Positions 25,653 to 37,230 of a stretch of 64,000 bases of DNA are shown in pieces (the stretch's first letter is position 1; each line of letters begins with the position of its first letter). Location: positions 65,162,001-65,226,000 of the forward strand of contig NW_026889803.1 of assembly GCF_033153115.1 (NCBI RefSeq). The letters are read 5' to 3'. Source of the stretch: Saccostrea echinata (Eukaryota). Position numbers and translations under genes: made by a program. Below the pieces are notes generated by a model. It searched no databases and was not told the DNA's origin. It saw nothing but the letters and a program-made list of their open reading frames with translations.

Positions 25653-27911
25653 TTAAAGAGCAATTACACAGATACATATTGTAAAACCAAGAAACCAGTA
25701 CTTTGACATTGCAAGTAAACTAGCTTTGGATACAGAAGCTACTAGGGGGAGTGGGCTGATGCTAAAGCTAGTGGCATTACCTGATTCTGTTGTCTTTTTC
25801 TCCTCTGGAATTCCAAAGATTTTTTCTTTAGTCTTGTAAAACGATTCATCATACCGAAACACCTGTCCTAAAATGATATTTAGAGCAGCCACATCATACT
25901 TATGACAGCCTCTGTATAGGTATAGAGGCTTCCTGTCTGTACAGCCCGTGTTTGAGGCCCCCACGGGGTTCAGGCAGTCACTAGAGAGGGCACACTTTAC
26001 CCACGGTAGCATCACTTTGCTGTGTAGTGTTTCAGTGTTGTGTAGAATCAGGGGATTAGCCTGGGCAGTTTCCAGGAAGTAGTATTGTTCAGCTGAAGCT
26101 TTGAAGTATTTATACATTTTGTCATAAGTTATGGTGGACACTGGGTCCTTACTTGTCCAGGCCACTATCCCAGTCTTCTGAGCTTTCTTCAGGAGAGGCT
26201 TAATGTCTCCAGAAATAAAACTGTATTCAGATGGCTCTACCCATATCACTGTTCCATTGTCATTTAAAATTTTCTGAAGAGAAGTTTGTTATATAGATTA
26301 TGATTCATTCAATTTGAGAAATCTCAGCTTAAAGGCTAATAATTCTTAGCATTACTATATCTCCGACAGGTATATTGTATACATTTGTTATGGCAAAAGT
26401 ATTACAGGTAAAATGGTTTTCAGATGAAAGTTCTTAATAAAGGAAACAAATCTAAAGAAATAAAAACATGTTAAGATGATCTGTGAGACAATAATTAAGT
26501 TTGTATGAGAACTAGAAGAGATATCTCTTACTCTTAAGGATTAAGTCAATGTAGACTTATCTAATAAACAAAAATTAACCTGTATCAGAACTGGCCTGTA
26601 GCTTAGTAATGAGATAAACTCAGTGAGATAACATTTTTACCTGTATGAGAACTGGACTATAGCTGAATATGAGATGATGTCTCTTAAATAACTCAGTGAG
26701 ATAACATTTTTACCTGTATGAGAACTGGACTATAGCTGAATATGAGATGATGTCTCTTAAATAACTCAGTGAGATAACATTTAACTTGTATGAGAACTGG
26801 CATGTAGTTGGGAATTGAGATTTTGTTAAATGACATAGTGAGATAACATGTTTACCTGTGTGAGAACTGGCCTGTATGTGGTCATGAGATGTCTCTTAGA
26901 TGACTCATTAAGATAACATTCTTACCTGTAATAGAACTGGCCTGTAGCTGGGTATTGAAATGTCTCTAAGATGAGATGGATAATCTTCAAATTCAAACAT
27001 CTTTACTGTACATGAGGAAGTTTTGTTGCAATGAACAGTCAACTGTAATAGAGTTGAAATACAAAGAATTTTCACAATCCAAAAATATCAACTAAGAATT
27101 TACATAATCCAGACATGTAGAGATATAAAATTAACATGGCCTGATACATTTATGACATTGATTAGATATCATAACAATAAACAATATTCAAGTCAGCTAC
27201 TGGGATAGACATCCCACATACCAGAAATTAAAATGATTTCCATTTCCATATGTAATAATGTACATTTAGTATACTTATATATTTTTTTTATCCTTTTGAC
27301 TTTCCCATAAACAGGCTTCACTGTATTTAAAATATCTAATTTACATTGGGGGAAAAAACCACTGCAAAATATTACAAACAATGTATAGCTATACATACAT
27401 ATATTACTCATACCTTTAAATGTTTCTGATAGCTTAACCCTAGATCATATATTATAACAGGAACATCTGGTAGAAATTTGCTGGCTGATTTGACGAGTGC
27501 AATAACTTTATCTAAGGATTTAGGAAGAGCAGGTATAGCTATGACAGGCTTGTTGATTGTTGCATTAATCTTTTTAATTTTCTCCTTGCTGAACTTCATT
27601 ACATTTTCTGTGTTAATGGGATCTACATCAAATCCAAGTTTATCCAATAACTTAAGGTCTACATGAAAATCCTCCTGATTTGAACTGCGGATGTTGCTTG
27701 GAATGTTTTTGAAATTGTTGATCTGTTTATGGGTTTGTGCAACAATTGTGTTAAAATTCGGTGTTGGATTACTTAGTAACCACAGAGACATGGAAGTTGC
27801 TCCCATAAAGGCTAGCATAATATAAAAATTTTTGGTTTTCATCTTTTCCCTAAGACTAATGCTTTTCCACTTTTGGCACAAATTCTGAACAGCATCTAGC
27901 AACTCTTTCAT
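25653..27911 (-). CDS. DUF1647-family membrane protein (putative glycosyltransferase-like), ~411 aa (388 aa from the ATG at 27842)
   Basis: Exons 27414-27911, 26926-27042, 25653-26273, all phase 0. N-terminal TM segment, then IIYDLGL, FEFEDYPSHL...YRPVLLQ, PWVKCAL...C..P.G and CHKYDVAALNIIL, which match the DUF1647 pattern. Probable 5'UTR acceptor at 28078-28079 and upstream donor at 29279-29280. Confidence 0.85.
26570..26975. repeat. ~70-bp x6 tandem repeat spanning the DUF1647 exon 26926-27042 donor
   Basis: Donor-equivalent positions at 26578, 26639, 26712, 26784, 26854 and the true site 26924. The unit is ~48 nt of exon end plus ~22 nt of intron start. Confidence 0.9.
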
Positions 27912-28181
27912 CACATGTGTTCTGTGTTATCTAGGAGAGAGATGGTAGAATACTTTACGTCCATACATCTACAATAAAGCCTAGTTGAAAGAATCTGCTT
28001 TTATGTCCAATCTTGACTGTCATATTGCAGTTTTATTATCTACATGTTGATGAGCAGTCCTTTGAACTCTGTAGCATCTAAAACAGACAAAAGAACACTC
28101 CTTTAATTATGCCAGTCAACTTTTTGATAGCTATTCTGATAATTCTATTCAACACCAGTATTTTAGCTATAGCTCATTTAT

Positions 28182-28987
28182 CAGGTCCAGCACAATCTCT
28201 TGATTTAGCTATATAGCTTGAAATAGCTTTATTAACCTATTCAAAATAGCTTGATAAAGCTATTTAACATGTTTAAATGCAGTTTTTCAGAAAAATGTTT
28301 TTTGTAAGAAATAGACAAAAAGTCGCAAGTATTTGATTACAGGTATCTATATATGTACTACAGGCTATCCAAAGAGTAACCCAAATCAAAGAAGTTCTAA
28401 CATTGCAGCATATGAATACTTTTGAGCAAAAGATGAATTTCCATTGTTTGAGTAACTGTACACTACTTTGTGTGGGTTGAGGCATGGATAAGTATGATTG
28501 CTTCTCATTGTACTAAATTATTACCAATTAATTATTTTGTTGACCACAATTGGCCTCCTTTATAATTTCACTGAAGAGGTAACTGTATCAATTGCTTTAT
28601 ATAGCCCCAAAACTTTCAGAACTTTGAGTACAAAGTGTCTTAAGGAGATGCAATTTGATGAGTATTTTTACAAGCATTATTTTCAAAAGAGTTCAGGGTT
28701 GATTATTATCACTGCACCAAGCTGCGACTTTTTGTGCATGCTGAGAAAATAATATATTGAAGAAAAAAGTGTGATAAAATAGCTAAATCAAGCTATGCTA
28801 AATAGCTAATAAAGCTATATAGCTAAATCAAGCTATATAGCTGTAACAGGAGAGGAGAAAATGTATGGCTGGACCGGGAATCGAACCTGGGACCCCTGCA
28901 TCATTAGTTAGGTGCTCTACTGACTGAGGCAGAATATCCACATCCCAAACCATTACATAGCTAAATCAAGAGATTGTGTCGGACCTG
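28182..28987. mobile_element. MITE with 5-bp TSD (hAT5-like)
   Basis: TIR caggtccagcacaatctcttgatttagctat / atagctaaatcaagagattgtgtcggacctg; TSD TTTAT; subterminal tagcta repeats. Confidence 0.88.
28842..28957 (-). mobile_element. Solo-LTR-like unit containing a tRNA-derived Pol III cassette
   Basis: TGTAA...TTACA termini and an exact 4-bp TSD TAGC. Minus strand has B box GGTTCGATTCC followed by TTTT. Nested in the 28182-28987 MITE. Confidence 0.8.
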
Positions 28988-29280
28988 TTTATCAGCTGTT
29001 GGCTAGACATTTTCCTCATATTCTTAAAAAAAATATATGCTAGTCACAAAAAAGCAATGAAATTTGAAAGTTGACTTCACACATTATTCATGTATATTCA
29101 CCATTCTTTAATCAAACATTGCAGTATTTCTAAAATCTGAATGAATTTTGCTGCATATGTCACTGAGTTATTTTATTTCCTTAAGCCATTTCATCTCACA
29201 TTATGAATGATTCAGAAAAGAACTTTCAAATTCAATCAGACAAAGTCCATTGCCAAATGTACGATAACAATTACTATTAC

Positions 29281-29465
29281 CTTTAAAAGAAGAAATCTGA
29301 AATGATTATGAACTAATGAACTGTTCGCCAGCTAATGATCCCCAAACCTCAAACCGGAAATAGAAATATGAAAGTAAAAGTACAAGTAATCCGGAGAGTA
29401 GTAAGTGTTTTGAGTTCCTGTGCAGACGATATTTTGCTCGGCAGGAAACGAGCAATATATTGCAG
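29281..29465. promoter_or_regulatory. Probable bidirectional promoter and first non-coding exons of the DUF1647 gene (-) and CNTD1 (+)
   Basis: Minus-strand donor at 29279-29280 (AAG|GTAATA), plus-strand donor at 29466 (CAG|GTAGGC), and CCGGAA at 29354-29359 between them. Both genes have an acceptor upstream of the ATG. Confidence 0.55.
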
Positions 29466-30091
29466 GTAGGCTAGATGGCATATGACTTTTGAAATATGTA
29501 ATCTATTTCATGCCCGAATAGGTAAGAATTTTACTTTCAGTATAAAATATTTGAATGGTGCAATTAAATAAATATAGTGATCCCACAAACCCCAATCGGA
29601 CAATATGAATAAATAAGCCTTTAACTTATGAGATAAATTTTAAGATCTATAGAGACCTGTATAATATACTGGTACATTTCAACCCCCCCCCCCCCTAGAT
29701 AGAACATTCTAACTTTAAAATGATTTTGTCCTACGGACCCGGTGAGGGCTTAGATTATTCTAACTACCCTCCCCCCTCCCAGATGTAGCAGTACACATGG
29801 AGAGATCCCCATCCCCCCCGCCCCCCCCCCTTTAAAAAAATATCTCAAAAAATATTGATTTTGAAACAAAAGTTCATTGTTAATCCGTTTAAAACAATTC
29901 TGCTAATTTTTTAAAACTTAATTTTAAAGAGATAAAAGACTTTTTTAGGATGCACCAAACTGGTATCAATTCACAATGGGAGGGAGTGCCATTTCAAGAC
30001 CTTCCCCTGCACCCTATTCCAGAAATCTGGTAGCTAGGCCAATTGATCATAAAAAATATTGAATTTATAAAAATTTTACCCTTTTCTAGAA

Positions 30092-32099
30092 ATGGAAGGA
30101 GAAATATTTGCCTCTCCAATAGAACCTCTGTTTAATCATGAACATGCCTTGGAGACACATATTTTACAAGACTGGTTGATAAATCTGGCAAAAAAGAATT
30201 TCAGGCACATTAATCAAGCACACTCCAAACAGGTATACATATGTATAAATTTTGGAATAAAAACTGATGGATTTTTCTGGGCAATTTCACTTACATTTAA
30301 CTTTTATTTTACTTCTGACTGATTTAATTTTAAGGGGCTGTTTAAACAAGTGAATGCTGTAGAGACTATCATGTATGCTGCTGAAAAATTGAAAATAGCC
30401 CAAGAAGCCAAATATCTTGCAATTGAGTTATTTGACAGGTAATGGACATATATATATATATAAAGTCAGATAATTATGTGGGATCTTGTGTTAGTATCAT
30501 TGTTGTTGGGTTTTTTTTTCTTTTAATCTCTCAGATTTTTATACAATCACCTTCAAGATCTTCGTGATCATGTGTTGAAGTTGCCAAAGAAAAGACAAAT
30601 GAAGGAATGGAGTAGTCTTCAGGAGGGTGTGTCAAATCAGGTGTTGCTGCGCATCGTATCCTGTTGTCAGATAGCCAGCAAATTAACGTCACACTATAAG
30701 GTATGAAGGTTTTTTTTCAAGAGAGAGAGAGAGAATTAGATGTCCAAGGGAAATCTTTTACCCATTGCACTTTCATATCACTTTGCATATTATAAAGATG
30801 AGAACACTATTTGCAGTTTGAAATTTGGTCATAATAATTAAAGGTAAACATGAATACTTTTCATTTATTTTCATTGACATCACTGCCTGTCAGGCATTCT
30901 TGTTTCAGGTTGTGTCCGTCAATAGAGCCAAGAGATTTTTATGTACCTGTGGCTATCGCTATGCCTCTGAAAGTCTTCTTCAATCGGAGCTGAGAGTGCT
31001 AAAAACTCTGAAATTTCAAGTTACAGAACCAACGCCCATTGTTTTTATAGAAACTTTACTAGAAATTTTAGGTATTTTTTGAAATTACAAATCAATATCT
31101 GTATGATTGAATTGAAGAAGTATTCATTGCATTTAATATAATTTGTATCATCTTGTGTGTTTACTCTATACAGCTTTAATAACTCATTCATTGTTATTTT
31201 TATTAAACCATTTTCACAGAACTTTGAATTTGCAGTTTGTTTGTTTTTGGTCATTTTATTGAAATTTCCTTATTCAAGATTATTTCCTAGATTATGATAT
31301 TGTAACACTTCGGCAAAATAAAGCTTTATGTAGTAATAAGAGTGACATGCAAGTTACCTGCTCTTACTTTTAGTCTCTAAATGTATTGTAAGTCAATTTA
31401 AGATTTAATCAAATTGAATTTCAGGTTGTAATAATACTAAAGCAGAGGTGAAAACATTCTACTATGTTGCACTCAAACTTCTGGATTTGTTGTATTTGAA
31501 GTACCACACCTTCTACAAGATCCTGTTTGAAGTTATAAGTTCATCTAAGATACATTCCAAGGAACAAAAGTATTATGATCACCAGAGTGTTGCATTCAGT
31601 GATACAAGGAATCATCACTCTTCTTTTACATTCCATAAAATATGTAACATAATAACATTTTTGTGAATAAAAACATTGCAATGCATTAAGAGTTATCCCC
31701 CTTTAACACATTTTTATATAAAGACTATTTGAACCTCTATAGTCAATTACCTTTTTGCAGGAGGGAGTTTAGCAAAGTGAAAGCAGACCAACTACTGCTG
31801 GCCACTGCAGTCATAAGCTGCTCTGTTTACATGGTCCAAGAAGACAAGGCAGATGAAGTAATAATTATCTAAACAGACTCTATAAAATAAAAATCACTAA
31901 GATTTCCGGTATCTCAATCTTCTTTCTGATCATTTTATTTATCTAAGAAGAAAAGAAAAGAGCTCTTCTGGATTTTTTTCTCCGATTTGTTTTTCTGTAA
32001 TTACAGATGATTAAAGAGCTGAATAGGATCACAAGAATTTCTAAGAATGACATTGAAGACTTTGCCTCTGTTCTGATTCAGTTGGTTGAAGAAGAATAA
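30092..32099 (+). CDS. CNTD1: Cyclin N-terminal domain-containing protein 1 (COSA-1 orthologue, meiotic crossover factor), ~302 aa, 7 coding exons
   Basis: Exons 30092-30232, 30335-30438, 30535-30700, 30909-31071, 31425-31569, 31761-31857, 32007-32099. Motifs AIELFDRF, LRIVSCCQIASKL, LQSELRVLKTLKF...PTPIVFIETLLEILG, LLDLLYL and VKADQLLLATAVI match CNTD1. Confidence 0.93.
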
Positions 32100-32687
32100 A
32101 TCAACATCAAAAGTAACAGAATTAAATCAGTTATGAGAAACTGTCATACATTAAGATAAAAAAGACCTTCATTTGTAGCTTCTAATAGACATGTTGAATT
32201 TGAATTGTTAAATACATATCCCCTCTCTTTTTTTACAGACTTGCTTCTTGGCCCTTTTTTTTGTTTTGTTTTGTTTTTGTTTGTTTGTTTGTTTTGGTTT
32301 CATTTTTTGCCACATATCAGTTGAAACATGCAAGACATGCCTTTAGTCTGTGATACAAATTCTCTTTTTTAAATTTAATTGATAACTATATTATGTACTG
32401 TTTAATACACTTTTTGCAAAGAATCTGTGATTGTAACTGTGCAATAGGTCAAAGGAAAACTGATGTATAAACACTTAAGGTATAAATACATAATAATTTG
32501 ACAAATAAGTAAAACAACCTACACATCTTTGTTTGCTTTGAAATGTATTAGAGTAGAATAAAATTGATATACACATTTATATTCTCAGTTTTCTTTAATG
32601 TTCTTAAATATTAAATGTCATACAGTCAATTATATTAGTTTTTCAGCTTTTTATGGACTAAAATTCATCCTTTTTTTCTGGATTTAC

Positions 32688-33119
32688 CAGGTCCAGCACA
32701 ATACCCCGATAAAGGTATATAGCTTGATAAAGCTATATACCTTTATCAAGGTATTACAAATACCTTGATCAAGGTATTTTATGTAATGAAAATACAAAAA
32801 AAATCCTAAAAAATTTAACTTTAAATGTCGAATTATGAGTTGTGGTCAGTGTGTTCACTCGTGCATGAAAAGTACTCAGGTATCAAAAAGACATCATAAA
32901 GGAACGTTTCCTCACAGATGTGCTTTTATACTGATTCCTTAGTGTTTGAGTACTTTACATGCATGAGTGAATTTACTGAAAACAACTCAGAACTAGACTT
33001 TCAGTATTTATTTTTTTAGGATTTTTTTGGTATTTTCATTACATAAAATACCTTGATCAAGGTATTTGTAATACCTTGATAAAGCTATATAGCTTTATCA
33101 GGGTATTGTGCTGGACCTG
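32688..33119. mobile_element. Palindromic MITE with 5-bp TSD (same TIR family as 28182-28987)
   Basis: caggtccagcacaatac...gtattgtgctggacctg; TSD TTTAC; the arms pair over ~190 bp. Confidence 0.9.
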
Positions 33120-34012
33120 TTTACCAAGCTGTGTATGATTTTGATGAGCAATGCAACAGCAAAATGCCAGCAATGCAAGACAAATCTTAGTACAACAATG
33201 CTATGGTAACCTAGGAACCTAACATGGTGCCCCTCAAAGAATTGAAAATGAACCCCATATTAACAGCTTTAACAAAGGCAATAGAGGGGAACAGAAGACT
33301 TGTTTTCAACATTTTAAAAAAAAAAAACCCTTGACCCCCTCTAGGTCTGTGCATGGCCTTGGTGCATGATCAAGAATATGTTGCGTCTTAAAAAATATCA
33401 CAGGTACTTTCTGCATAGGAAAAAAGAGCATGAGCAGGCATAGCATTGCTTTTTCATCAAGATGTACTTGATGTTGGTGGATAAAATTCGTTAGTGAATA
33501 CAACATATACAATTTGGTCTGTGCTTTTTATTTTTACAATTGTTAAACAGGCCCATAGGCCATAGTTACCAGGCATGTATTTTTCCAAGTCACATGCAAT
33601 TTTTTAAATGTACTTTGTAAAATTTGAAAGTCCCTATATATTTACACTTGGTCCAAATCCAAAATGTAATGATTTTGACCCAACACACGAGAATACTTTG
33701 AAGTCATGAAGATTTTCTAAAAACTCCCATCAAAATATGATGTCAGATATCCCCCTTAAAAAGAAGACAAGGAAATTTTATTCTACACTGCATCATGATG
33801 AAAGTTTTGCTTGAAAAATTAACACACACGGTACATTCATGAGTTTTATTCACAAAATAAGTCACTTGCCCTTTCATCCCTGTACAATACATCAGTCATT
33901 GAAATGGCTAGCATAAAGAAATTTGTGATGGAGGGAATCTGGGTTTGATTGGTACATGACTTTGATTTTCAAAAGAAAATTTCCAAAAAGTCCAACTTAG
34001 GAGATGCACTGA

Positions 34013-35488
34013 AACAAGAGGCCCATGGGCCACAATGCTCACCTGAGTCAATATGGCCCTGCTGTTCTTTGTCAGCAGATTTCTTCTTCTATATATTCAT
34101 ATGTAAAGCTTTGATCAACTGTTCTAGGCATAACCTATCCCCAGTTGCCATGTTTTGAATGAAATTGAATCTAAACTTTCTGAGGATGCTTCTATATTCA
34201 TATAATTAATCATGGTTTTGCTGTTCTTGAAACAGAATTTTAAAGATGTCTGCCATCCTACCCTGGGGGGTAGGAAGGGAGGGGGGGTTCAAGATTTGAA
34301 CAAACTTGAATCTACACTACCTAAGGATACTTCCATATCAATATGACTAATTATGGCTTTGTTGTTCTTGAGAAGAAGATTTTTTAAGATATTTCTTATA
34401 TATATTCTTTTGTTAAACTTTGATCCCCGATTATGGCCCCACCCTACTACTGGAGGATGCCTTGAACAAGCCTGAATCTACAATACTTGGGGATGCTTCA
34501 ATATCAAAATGACTAATCACGGCTTTCCTGTTCTTGAAAAGATTTTAAAAGATTTTTCCTATTTATTCCTATGTAAAATTGACTAATCACGGCTTTCCTG
34601 TTCTTGAAAAGATTTTAAAAGATTTTTCCTATTTATTCCTATGTAAAACTTTGATCCCCCATTGTGGACCCACCCTACCCCCGGGGGTCTTGATTTCGAC
34701 AAAATTGAATCTACACTACCTAAGGATGATTCCATATCAATATGACTAATTGTGGCTTTGCTGTTCTTAAGAAGAAGATTTTTAAAGAATTTTCCTATGT
34801 ATTCCTACGTAAAACTTTGATCCCCCATTGTGGCCCCACCCTACCCCCAGGGGTCATGATTTGAACAAACTTGAATCTACATTACCTGAGGATGATTCCA
34901 TATCAAAATGACTAATTGTGGCTTTGTTGTTCTTGAGAAGAAGATTTTTAAAGAATTTTCCTATATATTCCTATGTAAAACTTTGATCCCCCATTGAGGC
35001 CCTACCCTACCCCCGGGGGTCATGATTTGAACAAACTTAAATCTACACTACCTGAGGATGATTTCATATCAATATGACTAATTGTGGCTTTGTTGTTCTT
35101 AAGAAGAAGATTTTTAAAGAATTTTCCTATGTATTCCTATGTAAAACTTTGATCCCCCATTATGGCCCCACCCAACCCCCGGGGGTCATGATTTGAACAA
35201 ACTTGAATCTACACTATGTAATGAAGGTTTCCCATAAGTTTCAACTTTTCTGGCCCAATGATTCTTGAGAAGAAGATTTTTAAAAGAAGACACCAAATTT
35301 TCACTTATTCTTAATTATCTCCCCTTGGAAGAGGGCATGGCCCTTCATTTGTACAAATTTAATCCTCCTTCACCTAAGGATGCTTTGTGGCAAGTTTGGT
35401 TGAAAATGGCCCAGTGGTTCTGGAGAAGAAGTCGAAAATGTGAAAAGTTTACAGACGGACGGACGGACAGACGGACTACGGACAAAAT

Positions 35489-35535
<47 letters not shown>
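34013..35535 (+). mobile_element. Helentron-associated interspersed element (HINE) carrying ~7 Cg170-type 166-bp satellite monomers
   Basis: Terminus aacaagaggcccatgggccac...gctcacctgag; 166-bp periodicity (34705, 34871, 35037, 35203); (GACG/GACA)n microsatellite; terminal hairpin aaagctcacttgagctttcagctcaggtgagctaaaa. Confidence 0.9.
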
Positions 35536-35536
<1 letters not shown>

Positions 35537-35946
35537 CTGTAGTCATCGCTGCCAGAACTTGATGATTTATTTATACTAGACGTTAATGTTTGCATATAGT
35601 CACATTAATGCATGTCATTTTGTCACTGTAAAAAGCATGTGGTAATCACTGTTTTGAAGAGGTTGCATTATATATTGATGCTCAAAAATTTTCTGGTTCA
35701 GTTTCACCTTTTCCCAATTATCTCACTCGGGAAAGGGACATGACCCCTAATTTGAACAAACTTGAATCCCCTAGAAAGCTTTGTAGTAAGTTTGATTGAA
35801 AATAGAAATTGGCTCCAGAAAAAAAATGAATTAATGTTTGTATTCAAAGATAATGAACAATCCAGAATCACAGGCACCTAAAGCGTGGATCAATAACCCC
35901 CCCCCCCCCCTTTACTTAAAAAAAATGCAAGAGATTATTATTTCTC

Positions 35947-37182
35947 AACAAGAGGCCCATGGGCCACATCGCTCATCTGAGTAACTTTGGCCATGCTGTT
36001 CTTTACCAGATTTCCCCCCTAGTAATACCTATTGTGGCCCTGCCCTACCCCCTGGGGTCATGATTTGAACAACTCAGATTCTACACTACCCCAGGATGCT
36101 TCCAAATAAGTTTCAGCTTTTCTGGTCCAGTGGTTCTTGAGAAGAAGATTTTAAAAGATTTTTCCTATATATTTCAATGTAAAACTTGGATTGCCTATTA
36201 TGGCTCCGCCCTACCCCCGGGGGTCATGATTTGAACAATTTAGAATCTACACTACCCCAGGATGCTTCCAAACAAGTTTCAGTTTTTCTGGCCCAGTGGT
36301 TCTTGAGAAGAAGATTTATAAAGATTTTTCTTATATATTTCAATGTAAAACTTGGATTCCCTATTGTGGCCCCGCCCTACAGTGTACCCCCGGGGGTCAT
36401 GATTTTTACAATTTAGAATCTATACTACCTGAGGATGCTTCCACTTAAGTTTCAGCTTTTCTGGCCCAGTGGTTTTTGAGAAGAAGATTTTTTAAGATTT
36501 CTCCTATATACTTCTATGTAAAACTTGGATTCCCTATTGTGGCCCCGCCCTACCCCCGGGGGTCATGATTTTAACAATTTAGAATCTACGCTACCTGAGG
36601 ATGCTTCCATACAAGTTTCAGCTTTTCTGGCCCAGTGGTTCTTGAGAAGAAGATTTTTAAAGATTTTTCCTATTTATTTCAATGTAAAATTTGGATTCCC
36701 TATTGTGGCCCTGCCCTACCCCCAGGGGTCATGATTTTTACAATATAGATTCTACACTACCCCAGGATGCTTCCATATAAGTTTCAGCTTTTCTGGCCCA
36801 GTGGTTCTTGAGAAGAAGATTTTTTAAATATTTTTCTTATGTATTTCAATGTAAAACTTGGATTCCCTATTGTGGCCCCGCCCTACCCCCAGGGGTCATG
36901 ATTTTTACAATTTAGAATCTACACTATCCCAGGATGCTTCCACATAAGTTTCAGCTTTTCTGGCCCAGTGGTTCTTGAGAAGAAGTTTTTTTAATGACCC
37001 CACCATATTTTTGTCTTTTCTTGATTATCTCCCCTTGTAAGGGGACTTGGCCCTTTATTTTAACAATTTACACTCCCCTTCACCCAAGGATACTTTGTAC
37101 CAAGTTTGGTTAAAATTGGCCCAGTGGTTCTTGAGAAGAAGTTGAAAATGTGAAAAGTTTACAGACGGACGGACGGACGACG

Positions 37183-37230
<48 letters not shown>
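35947..37230 (+). mobile_element. Second complete HINE with ~6 Cg170-type monomers
   Basis: Same termini, microsatellite and hairpin as the first; monomers at ~166-bp spacing between 36030 and 36990. Confidence 0.9.

Noticed and set aside
31545-31615. Possible decayed donor duplication after CNTD1 exon 31425-31569
   Set aside because: The similarity (gatacaaggaa) is too short to distinguish from chance.
28182-33119. Composite transposon carrying CNTD1 between two same-family MITEs
   Set aside because: Each MITE has its own TSD pair (TTTAT and TTTAC), indicating independent insertions, and the first lies inside an intron of the neighbouring gene.
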